DNA of 64,000 bases from Octopus bimaculoides (lineage: Eukaryota): contig NC_068985.1 in the NCBI RefSeq assembly GCF_001194135.2, forward strand, positions 65,267,233-65,331,232, read 5' to 3'. The stretch's first letter is position 1. Every line of letters begins with the position of its first letter. The position numbers and the translations under genes are program-made. Below are positions 25,275 to 37,668 of the stretch, one piece after another. Below the pieces are notes generated by a model. That model saw only the letters and a list, made by a program, of their open reading frames with translations, ran no database searches and had not been told where the DNA came from.

Positions 25275-25465
25275 CCCCCAACATCACTTGACAACCGATG
25301 TTGGTGTGTTCACATCCCCGTAACTTAGTGGTTCAGCAAAATAAACTGATAGAATAAGTACTATGCTTACAAAGAATAAGTCCTGGGGGTCGATTTGCTC
25401 GACTAAAGGTGGTGCTTCAGCATGGCTGCAGTCAAATGACTGATACAAGTAAAAGAATGAAAGAA
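25275..25465 (+). mobile_element. SINE 3' half
   Basis: GATAGAATAAGTACT..GGGGTCGATTTGCTCGACTAAAGG..CAGCATGGCTGCAGTCAAATGACTGA; similar tail at 57045-57150. Confidence 0.65.
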
Positions 25466-25499
25466 TATGCTCCACAATCCAGGCTGGCAGATGGACAAA

Positions 25500-25660
25500 A
25501 GAACCAATTTGACAACATTGGGGGTGGGGCAGATGTATGCTAACTACATGATGCTAGTCTCCAGCTCATCAAGTTGTCTACAGGGCCTGCTCAACAAGTG
25601 CTCAGAGTTTTACCAGGAGATAGTATTTGCAATTAAAGTCTCAAAATGCACCTGGTTCAC
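25500..25660 (+). pseudogene. Decayed non-LTR RT fragment around YADD
   Basis: MYANYMMLVSSSSSCLQGLLNKCSEF..IKVSKC resembles YADDxxL..LQxLL..N..K. Confidence 0.45.
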
Positions 25661-26039
25661 ATATTTATGAGTCACAATCAACCCATGGTTGACTTGAGAG
25701 GTGGGTATTTCACTAGAGTGTGTGTCACAGTGCATAAGTAATACCTACCTAGGTTGTTTGACAGCCTAATGCAGTCTGTGCCTGACTGGGGAGCACTCGA
25801 GATTTAACACGGTCATTTGTGTGGAGACCTGAATCTTCAGGAGTTGCTTTCTGTCCACATCTTACAGGTGTTATGTCCATCTGTCTAGTCCTTCTTGACA
25901 GTCAAATGGCTGGATAAATGGTCACAATGTTTTTTCGGGATTACAAAAGGAGGTAATCAGGAAGGTTTTTAGTGGAAAAAATGTGAAAAAGTATGATTAT
26001 TTAATGGATATTGAGTTTTACGACAAAGTCTCAGCACCC

Positions 26040-26890
26040 TGAGATAAATGTTGGACATAAAAAGCATGGGATGTGGCGTGCAAAAGAGATATCTGTGCTG
26101 GTATGGTCATGTACTATGGATGGGTGAGGAGAGCTGTGTGAAAAAGTGCCACTCCCAAACAGTAGAAGGAACCCATGGTAGAGGGAGACCCAGGAAGACA
26201 TGGGATGAGGTGGTGAAGCATGACCTTCAAATGTTGGGCCTCACAGAGGCAATGACAAAAGACCTCTGGAGATATGCTGTGACTGAGAAGACCTGGCAAA
26301 TAAAGTGAGATCACAGCTGTAGCCTACACTAGTGTCGCATAACCAGCCCACTCAAAAAATGCCTTTGGATCGTGGGGTGACATGCCATGCTTGAGGAGAC
26401 CTATTGAGTCAAGTACATCAATACCAAAATCAAATCAAACCACAATCAAATGAAAATTGTAGTTGTAGCCGATGCCAGTGCTACCTGTCTGGCTCCCCGT
26501 GCCAGTGACACATAAAAAGCACCATCCAAATCTAGTTGATGCCAGCCCACTCACCCCGACTGGCTCCTGTGCCAGTGGCATGTAAAAAGCACCATCCGAG
26601 CATGACTGATGCCAGTGCTGCCTTGACTGGCTCCCGTGCCGGTGGCACGTAAAAGCACCATCCAAACATGGTCGATGCCAGACCCCTCTGGCTCCCATGC
26701 CGGTGGCACATAAAAAGCACCCACTACACTCTCAGAGTAGTTGGTGTTAGGAAGGGCATCCAGCTGTAGAAACACTGCCAGATCAGACTGGAGCCTCATG
26801 CAGACACCTGGCTTCCCAGACCCGTCGAACCATCCAACCCATGCCAGCATGGAAAATGGATGTTAAACGATGATGATGATAATGATGAAA
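26040..26890 (+). mobile_element. RTE LINE 3' end with ~60-bp tandem 3' UTR repeats
   Basis: LCWYGHV..GRGRPRKTWDEVVKHDL ORF; about four repeats of GATGCCAG..GGCTCCC..GGCACATAAAAAGCACC (26470-26720); (ATG)n tail. Confidence 0.85.
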
Positions 26891-28099
26891 TTACCTTTCA
26901 TTTTTTTTTTTCGATCTTTTAAAAATTCCAGCGACAAGGATTAACTCTGGATCCCCCCCCCCCAGTATAGTTTGTTAGAGGGTTTAGATTTGCGATACTC
27001 TACCTCTGTTTCCCATGGTAGATGGACAGATTTGGGCGTCTATCCATCTGTCTGTCTCTTTATCTGTTCCCTCTTCAAGGACAGACAGCTGGACCAATGG
27101 TTACGATATTTTTCAGGATTACAAAGACAGTCATCAGGAAGGTTTTTAGCATAAAAAATCAGAAAGGATGATTATTTCATGGATATCAATTTTTGAATTG
27201 ATAAACCACCTTCACATTTCTATTAAAAATTCACCGACTACGAGTAACTCTGGATTTTCATCATATAGTTCATGGCCCCATTGTAGATGCAAAGGGAGTC
27301 GCGAGGACAGTTGATAGTGAAAATAAAATGGAAAAATTGTGCATCAGTATGTGTGATTATTTAGTGGTTATTGAAGTGTGTCAGTCTCATGCAGGATTCA
27401 AAATGGCTAATCGAAGCAACTGTTGTTTACGTCAATCAAAATAACCCATGGTACCAGAACATCTAGATATTATTCATATAGAACAGTGAGAGGTAAGTCT
27501 TAGTTCAATTTTTTGCAACCCTAAAGATTCTGCTCATGCAAATAAGGCACAGAGCCAGACTTTAGATTGTGTAGGTGTATTTTACCCACTCCAATGTTTA
27601 CACATGGCCAGTTATACATCGCAACAGACTTCAGTAATTTGAAAATTAGTGTCGACCAAACAGAAAATATCATCTACAAAGAAGTTTTGTAATCATATTG
27701 ATATGATTACAAGGAATATGATTCATAATTTAAATAAGGAAATTTGTGAACTTTGAATGTATAAGAATAAAAAACAGTGTAAACAACTAAAATAAAAGTA
27801 TATCTTAATACTTTTTATGTAGTGGTCGAAGGAAGCTCTGGCTTTTGTTAGGAGTTGTCCACATAACCATTTATGATACAGGGGCTGGGAGCCTATTTCA
27901 GTTTGGGAGTGAATCATCATCACATGTCACTTAGTCGCAAACACAAGTCACATAGCTGCAATAGAATGCTGTATCACCAACAATAATGTGATTTCTCTAA
28001 GACATCATCCAGTAATTTATCAAGTCCATTTACACATTTCTTAATATATACTGCTGTTATGACTTCGCTCCCTCATTTTATGCCTCCATCGTAGATGGG

Positions 28100-29580
28100 T
28101 AGATTTCCTAATATTTTTAATTCAGTGAAATCTTTCATAAATATAGTATACACAGCTATAAGTAAATGTATTACTTAGTAATCTGAAAAGTGTAAGTGAG
28201 AAAAATTGAAAATCAATAGCAATGAATATTAGCTTGCGAAAAGAATTTTTCATTTTCCAATTTTTGAATGATTTCACAGTAATATGCAACATTTTCGATA
28301 TTCATGTTTTTACGAAAGGTTGAAGCTTTAGTGAAATATTTGGAAAGTATAACCTTCACGGCTATTAGTAAATGAATTTTAATGCATTACTTCTCAATCT
28401 GAGAAATGTGAGTGAGAAAAATTGAGTCACAAAACAAATTTTCATTTCACCATTTTTGAACGAATTCATGCTGATTTGCAACATTTTCGATTTACATGCT
28501 TTTTGTGAAAGGTTGAAGCTTCAGAGAAATGTTTGGTAAATACAATCTTCACAGCTATTAGTAAATATGTATTAACCTATTTATTCTCAATTTGACCAGC
28601 GTTGGTGAGAAACATTGAAAGTCACAAATATGCAATGGTATTAGCCTGAGAAAACAATTTTTCATTTTGCCATTTTCGAATGATTTCATGCTGCTTTGTA
28701 ACATTTTTGGTGTACATGTTTTCTGTGAAAGGTTGAAGCTTCAGGGAAATGTTTGATACATATAATCTTCACAGCTATTTCTAAATGAATATAAACTCAT
28801 TACATCTCAATCTGACAAGTGTTAGTGAGAAAAATTGAAAGTATATGCTGAATAACAGCCTGAGAAACCAACAATTTTTCATTTCAAAATTTTCAAGTAA
28901 TTTGATGCTGATTTGCAAATTTTTCATTTATATGATTTCTGAGAAAGGTGGAAGCTTCAGTGAAATATTTGGTAAACATAATCTTCACAGCTATTAGTAA
29001 ACATATATCAATTAACCCAATACTTTTCAATCTGAAGGGTATGTATGATTTTGCACTGATTTCTAACATTTTAGATATTAATGTTTTCTGAGAAAGGTTG
29101 AAGCTTCAGTGAAATATTTGGTAAATGTAATCATCACAGCTATTAGTAAATGAATTTTAACACATTATGTCTCAATTTGACGAGTGTGATTGAGAAAGTT
29201 TGACAGGCAAATGTTGAATATTAGTCTGAGAAAACAAAAATTTTCCATTTTGCAATTTTCGAATGATTTCACGCTGTTTGCAACATTTTTGATGTACATG
29301 ATTTCTGAGAAAGGTGGAAGCTTGAGTGGAATGTTTAGTAAATGTAATTTTCTCGGCTATTAGTAAATATATGTTAATTAACCCAATACTTCCTAATCTT
29401 ATGGGTATGAATGTAAAAATGGAAAGATTTTTCATATACCATTTTTTTTAATGATTTCAGGCTGATTTGCAACATTTTTAACAATCCTCACAGGTATTAG
29501 TTGATGTATATTCACCAATTATTTCTCCATCTGAAAAGTGTGAGAAAGTCACCAATTTCAAAAATGTAACTCAGAAACAT
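28100..29580 (+). repeat. Diverged ~217-bp tandem satellite, block 1 (about 7 units)
   Basis: GAAAGGT(T/G)GAAGCTT anchors at 28314, 28507, 28727, 28943, 29092, 29309 (spacings 193, 220, 216, 149, 217). Confidence 0.85.
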
Positions 29581-29589
29581 TAATGAGAC

Positions 29590-31870
29590 TTGGAAACACA
29601 AGCCCTAATCTAAACCTTAGTCCTCACCCTAAGAATAACCTTAACACTAACTATAAATCTATATCTAACCCTCAAGCTACCCATAACCCTAACACTAATT
29701 CCAACCCTAACACCAAACTTAACATTAACACTAACCATAAACCAACCCTAACCCTAAACGGCTACATGGTTGATGAAAACATTATATTTATCAGAATTCA
29801 CCGAAGTCACAACGTTTTTCACAAAACTCAAACTCACAAAATTTTGCAAATAAGCATGAAAAAACAACACAATTTGAAAATGCGAAATTCGTGTTTTCCA
29901 GTAGTTTTTTTACACTTTTAGATAGTTTTCATTTTTGCAAAACGCACTTTTCATTTTGAAGTCTNNNNNNNNNNNNNNNNNNNNNNNNNNNNNNNNNNNN
30001 NNNNNNNNNNNNNNNNNNNNNNNNNNNNNNNNNNNNNNNNNNNNNNNNNNNNNNNNNNNNNNNNGTGGTTTTGCAAAAACGAAAACTACCTAAAAATGTC
30101 TAAAATCGACTGGACCTAACACTAAACCACACCCAAACCCTAAAGCGAATCCTAATATTACACCTTACATTAACCATAACATTAACACTAACCACAATAA
30201 TAACAATAATAACATTAACCCTAAACCATAGACTAAACATGGCAGTAACTTTAGCCTCAAACTATAAATGTGATCCTAACCCTAACCTTTACACTAACCC
30301 TTACTCTAGCCCTCACCCTCAACCTCAACCCTTAAACTAACCCCAAACCCTAGGCTTACAACTAACCATAGCTCTGACCCTAATCGTAAAACCTAAACCT
30401 AAAATTAAAATTAAACCCAACTGTAACCCTAACACTAATCCTAACATCCAACCTTGAAACTAACTTTAAATTTAAACCTACCCTAACACTAACCTTTAAC
30501 CTAAATATGATGTTATCCTGAAACCAAGTGTAACCATAACTCTAATCCCAACAGCTAACACTAGCTCAACCTAACCCAAACCCAACCCTAAAGCTAACCT
30601 GAATCCTTACCTCAACCATAACCCTTCCCTGCACCTAAAACTAAAATTTATTGAAACCCTAACTCTAACACTAAACCTAACCCAATATATAACACTGCAC
30701 TAAACTTTACTCTAACCCTAATCCTAACCCTAACTCTTACTCTAAACCTAACCCTAACCATGAACTTAAACATGAAACTAACCTTAACATTAACCCTAAA
30801 CCTAAAACTATGCCTAACCCTAATCTCAAACTGAACCCTAATATTTAACTTAAACCTAGATCTAGACTCTGAACATAACCCTAACACTACAGAAAATCGA
30901 ATCCCAAACCTCACTGTAACCCTTACTCTAAACCTAGGACCTAATCATAAGCCTAATCCTAACTCTAATACCAAACTGAATCCTAAACCTAGACCTAACC
31001 ATAAACCTAGCACTAAATTAAAACCAATCCATGACCATCACTTGAAACCTAAACCTAAATGCTGCCATAAACTTATCTCTAGCCTTAATCCTAATTCCAA
31101 ACCTAACACTAAACCTAAGCCTAACCTGAATGCTGACACTACTCTAACCCTAGCCCTAACATTAATGCTAAACCTACCCCAAACCCTAACTTTCACCCTA
31201 TCCACAACCGTAACCCTAACCTAAACCCTACTCCTGAACCCTACTCCACACCTAAATCTAACCCCCAAATTATTCCCTATCCCAATCCCAAACCTTCAAC
31301 TGAATTCCAAATGTAACCCTAAACCTAAACCATACACTACTCTGAACCTTATACTATTCTATCTAACTCTAATTTTAACTCTAAATGTAACTTTTACCAT
31401 AACCCTAACCCTAACTCAAACTCTAATGGGAACCCTAAACCTAAATGTAACCCTAACCCTAGCTAACACTGACCCTATTCATAACTCTAAACCAATTGTT
31501 TCCTCTGAACTTAAATCTAACTTAACCCTATAGCCCTAATGCTAACCTAAAAATAACCAGGACCCCAGCCCTAGCCTGAACTTTAACATTAATTCTAACC
31601 CTAGCCATAGCATAACCTATCCCTACAGTAACCCTGAAACTAAACCTAATCCTAACCGTTTCCTTCCATAATATTAAACAGTACCAAAATTAGTCCTAAG
31701 ACTAATTTTAACCCTCAACTTACCCTAATGCTAAACTTAACCCTAACTCTTAAGTGAAACCTAACCCTAACATAAACATAAATTTACCTTTAACACTAAC
31801 CCAAAATTGAAACCCTTACTCTTATTCTAAACTTAACCCTAAACCTCATCAAAACTTAAGCCCTGGCCCT
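29590..31870 (+). repeat. Degenerate (CCCTAA)n-like hexamer array
   Basis: 6-bp periodic AACCCT/AAACCT/AACACT variants; interrupted by a MITE and a gap. Confidence 0.9.
29758..30112. mobile_element. Hairpin MITE-like insertion within the hexamer array
   Basis: TTTAGATAGTTTTCATTTTTGCAAAAC mirrored by GTTTTGCAAAAACGAAAACTACCTAAA across the N gap. Confidence 0.5.
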
Positions 31871-31874
31871 AACA

Positions 31875-32305
31875 GGGAGAAATGTTGAAGTTTCTATGAA
31901 ATGCTTTTAGTGATTGTATATCACATCTATTAATAAATGTATATCAACCCATTATTTCTCAATCTGATAAGTGTGAGTGAGAAAACTAAAATGTCACAAA
32001 TGTTCAATATTTGTCTGAGAAAATAACGATTATTTATTTTGCAATTGTTGAACGATTTAACGCGAATTTCCCACATTTTTGATGTTTATAATTTCAGAAG
32101 AACAAAACTTCTGAAAGGCTGTTAAATAAAATCTACTAGATATATATTAACACATCACTTCTCAGTGTGACAAGGGTGAGTGTGAGATGTAAAGTCTCTA
32201 ATGTTGAATATTAGCCTCGGAAAACATCCATGCTAGTTTTGAATGATTTCACACTGATATTCACCATTTTTTGTGTTCATGATTTCTAAGAAAATGTTAA
32301 GTTTT
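31875..32305 (+). repeat. ~217-bp satellite, block 2 (about 2 units)
   Basis: Same CTCAATCTGATAAGTGTGAGTGAGAAAA and GTTGAAG motifs, same orientation as block 1. Confidence 0.8.
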
Positions 32306-32309
32306 CGTG

Positions 32310-33640
32310 TTAGGGTTAGTTTAAGGGTGTGGTTTAGTGTAAGGTTTAGGTTTATAGTTAAAGTTAGGGTATGTGTTAGGGTTAGGATGTCTGCTAGGGT
32401 TAGGGTCAAGGGTGAGAATTAGGGTTAGGATTAGGGTTAGGATGAGGGTTAAGGATAGAGTTAAGATAGGTTTGGAGTTAGGTTTAGGGTTGATGTTAGG
32501 GTTATGGGTGGGGTTAGGGCTCCGGTTAGTGTTAGGGTTAAGGTTAGGTTTAGTGTTAGGATTAGGGTCAGGTTTAGAGTCAGGTTCATAGGTGAAGGTT
32601 TGTGTGAATGTCAGGTTTAGAGTTAGTGTTAAGTTTAGGGTTGGAACTAGGTTCACAGTAATGGTTAGGGTTTGGGTTAGGTTTAGGGCAAAGGTTAAAT
32701 TTAGGGTTTGGAGTTAGGATGTGGATAANNNNNNNNNNNNNNNNNNNNNNNNNNNNNNNNNNNNNNNNNNNNNNNNNNNNNNNNNNNNNNNNNNNNNNNN
32801 NNNNNNNNNNNNNNNNNNNNNNNNNNNNNNNNNNNNNNNNNNNNNNNNNNNNNNNNNNNNNNNNNNNNNNNNNNNNNNNNNNNNNNNNNNNNNNNNNNNN
32901 NNNNNNNNNNNNNNNNNNNNNNNNNNNNNNNNNNNNNNNNNNNNNNNNNNNNNNNNNNNNNNNNNNNNNNNNNNNNNNNNNNNNNNNNNNNNNNNNNNNN
33001 NNNNNNNNNNNNNNNNNNNNNNNNNNNNNNNNNGTGTTAGGGTTAAGGTTAGGTTTAGTGTTAGGATTAGGGTCAGGTTTAGAGTCAGGTTCATAGGTGA
33101 AGGTTTGTGTGAATGTCAGGTTTAGAGTTAGTGTTAAGTTTCGGGTTGGAACTAGGTTCACAGTAATGGTTAGGGTTTGGGTTAGGTTTAGGGCAAAGGT
33201 TAAATTTAGGGTTTGGAGTTAATATGTTAGAGTCATGGTGAGGTTTAGGATTAAGGTGAGGGTAAGGGTTATGGTGAAGGCTGAATTTAAGATTAGGGTT
33301 AAGGTATGGTCTAGGTTTAGGGGTAGGGTTAGATATTGGGTTAATGTTAGGTTTATGTTTATGTTAAGGGTTAGGTTTAGTGTTCGGTTATAGTTAGGGT
33401 TAGTTTAGGGTTATGGTTACAGCTAGGGATGGAGTTAGTGTTAGGATGGAGTTTAGAGTTAGAGGTAGGGTTAGGGTCAAGTTTAGGGTTCAATTTTGGT
33501 CTAGTGTTAGGGTTATGTTCAGGGTCTAGATCAAATCTAATTGTAGGATTAAAGGTTTGGGTAATTGTAATGTTAGAAGTAATGGAAGAATTACTGTTAG
33601 CAGTTTTGGTATAAGGTGAAGATTAGGTTTAGTGTGAGAG
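32310..33640 (+). repeat. Degenerate (TTAGGG)n-like hexamer array
   Basis: GGGTTA/GGTTTA periodicity; a sub-block is repeated on either side of the gap. Confidence 0.9.
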
Positions 33641-34620
33641 TTAGGGATAGTATGAGGATTCATGTTTCTGAGTCTGACTAATATTTCTGAGTTTCATTTC
33701 AAAATTTGTGATTTCAGTTTTTCTCACACTTGTCAGATGGAGAAGTATTGGGTTAATTAATATATAGCTGTGAAAATTATATTTACCAAACATTTCAGTG
33801 AAGCTTCCACCTTTCTCAGAAATCATGTGCATTGAATGTTACGAAGCAGCAGGAAATCATTCGAAAATTGTGAAATGATAAATTTTTTTCTCACACTATA
33901 TTTAGTATGTTGCAAATCAGTGGCTCATCATTTGAAAATTGCAATAGGAAAAATTGTTGTCTTCTCACTCATTTGTGAATGTCCATGTTTCTCACACACT
34001 TTTGTCTGATTGAGAAGTAATGGGTTAATGTACATCCATTGTTGCTGTCAAGATTATATTTATCAAACATTTCACAGCAGCTTCAACCTTTCTAAGAAAA
34101 CATAAACACAGAAAGTTTTGCAAAGTGGTGTGAAATCATTCAATCATTGTGATATAGAAAATAGTTGTTTTCCCATGCTAGTATTCAACATTAGTGACAT
34201 TGTTTTTCACACGCGCACTTTTCAGAATGAGAAATAATGGGTTAATATGCATCTGGTAGCTGCGAAGATTATGTTTGCCAAACATTTCACAGATGATGCT
34301 ACAATTCGTAGAAACTATTAACACTGAAAATGTTAGAAACCAGCGTGAAATCATTTGAAAATTGCAGAAGGAAAAATTTTGCTTTCTCTGGTAAATGTTT
34401 AACATCTGCAAGTTCCCATTTTTCTCACTCACACTTGTCGGATTGAGAAATAATGGGTTAATATATATCTCCAAGTATCTCTGAAGATGTTATTTACCAA
34501 TCATTTCATAGAAGCTTTAAGCTTTATTGAAAAACATGACTTATACATCTCCAAGTAGCTGTAATGATTACATTTACCAAATTTAGAAAACATGAACACT
34601 GAAAATGTTGCAAATCAGAA
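33640..34620 (-). repeat. ~217-bp satellite, block 3, inverted
   Basis: AAGCTTCCACCTTTCTCAGAAATCATG and CTCACACTTGTCAGATTGAGAA are reverse complements of block 1 motifs. Confidence 0.85.
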
Positions 34621-34624
34621 TGAC

Positions 34625-34770
34625 ATCAATTGTGAAAGGTAAAACCTATTACTAACTCTCACCCAAACCCTAAAATGAATCCTAACACTATTGCAAACCT
34701 AAATATTACTGTAACCACAATACTAACCGTAACATTCCCGTAACCATAATACTAACCCTAACAGTAACGG
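34625..34770 (+). repeat. Short degenerate (CCCTAA)n-like array
   Basis: ACCCAAACCCTAAAATGAATCCTAACACT..TAACCCTAAC. Confidence 0.7.
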
Positions 34771-34779
34771 TGGTTTCTA

Positions 34780-35740
34780 AACGGTGGTTTCTAAAAAAGA
34801 TTGAAGTTTCTGAGAATTGTCTGGTAGATATGATCTTTACATTCACTATGCAATGTATATTCACTTGTTGCTTCTCAATCTGACAATGTTGATTACAAAA
34901 AAGAAGCTTCTAATGTTGGATATTTGCCTTGGAAAACAATTACTTTTCATTTTTGCAATTTTTGAATGATTTTCTGCTGAGTTTTGGTGTACATGATTTC
35001 TAAGAAAGGTCGAAGCTTCTGTAAAATGTTTGATAAATATGATTATGACAGCTATATTAACCCATTGCATGTCAATCAGACAAGTGTGAGTGAGAAAAAT
35101 GGGAAGTTAGAAATGTTAAACATTTGCCAGAGAAAGCAAAACTTTATCATTTCACAAATCTTAAATGATTTCATGTTGATTTCGGTCTTCAGTAAAATAT
35201 TTGATTATATTTGGTAATATTTTACTCACTCACACTTGTCAGATTGAGACATAATAGTTGTGAGAAAAGTTGAAGTTTGGTGAATATAATCTTCACAGCT
35301 ATCAATCTGACAAATGTGAGTGAGAAAAATAAAGATTCACAAGTGCTTGAGAAAACAAGTTATTTATTTCACAGTTTTTGAAAGATTTACATGTTTAGTA
35401 TTTATGATCAAAGCTTCTGTGATGATTGGTAAACATAATTTTTAGAGCTCCTAGACATTATTTCAGTCTGATAAGTGTGAATGTGAAGCGTGCAAAGTCT
35501 CTAATGTTGAATATTAGCCCCGGAAAAAAAAACCCATCTTTCATATTTTTATGATTTCACAATGTAAAAATGTTGAAGCTTCTGTGAAATGCTTGATAAA
35601 TATAATTTTGACAGCAACATGAAAGTATGTAAGGAAAATGGAAATTCACAAATGTTCGATATTAACCACTAGGAGATGTATATTTATGCATTGCTTCTAA
35701 CTCTGACAATTGTGAGTGAGAAAAATTGAAATTGAATCCC
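34780..35740 (+). repeat. ~217-bp satellite, block 4
   Basis: GAAAGGTCGAAGCTTCTG and TCAGACAAGTGTGAGTGAGAAAAA motifs, forward orientation. Confidence 0.8.
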
Positions 35741-36206
35741 TAACTGCCACTTCTCACCCAACAACGTCTGTGCATCCATCTGATAGTTGGAAAATATCTA
35801 CACCAGTACCCTTATACTCTGTGTTGTGTTTTCAAATGCATGGATATAGGTGTCAAATTTGTTCCAATAACTATCGAGTAATAGATGGATGGATGGAGAG
35901 GGAGACAGACAGACAGACAGACAGACATATAGCTCGCTCCGGCCAGTCATGGTGTTGGCTGTCGGTGGCCGGAGAATCGACAGGCCAGCAACAGGCAGGC
36001 AGACAGACAGATGCTTCACTGGCAGTGAGCACTTTCACTTCTGACAGCTAATAGCATGATAGTGCCCTCATTTCTGTTACCGATCTAAACATTTAATCTC
36101 ACGTTTAAACACTGCTGTGTTTCTTTCAACTTTTTCCTAAAAACCTAATGAATTTGACCAGCATGATGTACTGCTGCATGTTCTCCCTCTCCCTCCCTAT
36201 TGTATT

Positions 36207-37106
36207 CTATCTCTCTCTCTCTCTCTCTCTCTGAATCACCACTTCTTCCACCATTTCCTCTTTGACTCGCGCGCGAATCCCAAACATATAACCAGCTCGC
36301 TTTCCAACACCATTTTGTACTGGAATCTCTATGCTAATAGAACCCACGACGAAGCTCCNNNNNNNNNNNNNNNNNNNNNNNNNNNNNNNNNNNNNNNNNN
36401 NNNNNNNNNNNNNNNNNNNNNNNNNNNNNNNNNNNNNNNNNNNNNNNNNNNNNNNNNNNNNNNNNNNNNNNNNNNNNNNNNNNNNNNNNNNNNNNNNNNN
36501 NNNNNNNNNNNNNNNNNNNNNNNNNNNNNNNNNNNNNNNNNNNNNNNNNNNNNNNNNNNNNNNNNNNNNNNNNNNNNNNNNNNNNNNNNNNNNNNNNNNN
36601 NNNNNNNNNNNNNNNNNNNNNNNNNNNNNNNNNNNNNNNNNNNNNNNNNNNNNNNNNNNNNNNNNNNNNNNNNNNNNNNNNNNNNNNNNNNNNNNNNNNN
36701 NNNNNNNNNNNNNNNNNNNNNNNNNNNNNNNNNNNNNNNNNNNNNNNNNNNNNNNNNNNNNNNNNNNNNNNNNNNNNNNNNNNNNNATGCTTGAACGGCG
36801 ACGCGTAGATCTGTGCTGCATCCAAGAAGTAAGATGGAGAGGAGGTTCTGCGAGGTTCCTCACAGGCAAAGAACACAGGTACAAGTTTTTCTGGGCAGGG
36901 AACACTGACGGAGTCGGGGGCTTAGGAATACTTCTAGCAGAGAAATGGGTTGATAAGGTAATCGAGGTAGTTAGAGTATGTGACAGAGTACTTAAGATTA
37001 GACTAGTGCTTCATCATAGGCTAGCTACTGTCATCTCAGCCTATGCCCCTCAACCGGGGCTCCCGGATGGGCTGAAAGACCAATTCTATGACACCCTCTT
37101 GCAAAG
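36207..37106 (+). mobile_element. RTE LINE 5' part with APE endonuclease, truncated
   Basis: RRRVDLCCIQEVRWRG..GVGGLGILL..VISAYAPQ..KDQFYDTL; ends abruptly at a G-rich hexamer array; 5' boundary uncertain. Confidence 0.85.
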
Positions 37107-37330
37107 GGTGAGGTTTACATTGAGTGATAGGTTTAGGATTACGTTTAGGGTTAGTGTTTTTGAGTTGGGAGTAGGTTTAGATTTAGGGTTAAGGTTAGAG
37201 TTAGGGATAGATTTGGAGCTAGGTTTTGGGTGAAGGTTAGAGTTAGGTTTAGGTTTATGGTTAATGTTAGTGTTAGGTTTTCTTTGCGCTTTAGGGATAG
37301 GTTTAAGGTTAGCGTTAATACTATGGTCAG
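37106..37330 (+). repeat. Degenerate (TTAGGG)n-like array
   Basis: TTTAGGGTTAAGGTTAGAGTTAGGG periodicity. Confidence 0.8.
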
Positions 37331-37668
37331 CATTATAATATAAGGCTTAAATAAATATCAAAGCTTGAAAATATTATATGCTTTCCTCTTATGAGCTCAT
37401 TCAACACTCAAATATGCAAAATATATGACTTAATTCACTGAAGTCAGTCCCTTTTATATGCGGCACTCTTCAAACATAAGTTAAAACATGATCGCTGCAG
37501 AAATGAACAAAAGATACAGTGCAGTGGGCTGCAGTTTGGTAACTCCAGTGTTAGATTTCAGATCATCATTGTTACCTCTTAGAAGTGAAGTGTACTAGCT
37601 AATTGCAGAGCTTTGATAACTCACCCATGTGGTACACTATTAAATTCTTCTTGATAGTCCAGCTACAC

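Noticed and set aside
32500-33225. Higher-order repeat in the G-rich array
   Set aside because: The near-identical copies flank an N gap and may be redundant contig ends
29583-33614. ORFs such as LTLTLN, PNPKPN, VRVRFR, LGLGL
   Set aside because: Translations of the hexamer arrays; no start context or domain evidence
29590-33640. Ancestral telomere-telomere fusion site
   Set aside because: The main pair is CCCTAA then TTAGGG with satellite between, the opposite of a head-to-head fusion; arrays recur with shared junctions
28100-35740. CRISPR-like array
   Set aside because: Eukaryotic tandem satellite with no unique spacers and no cas genes
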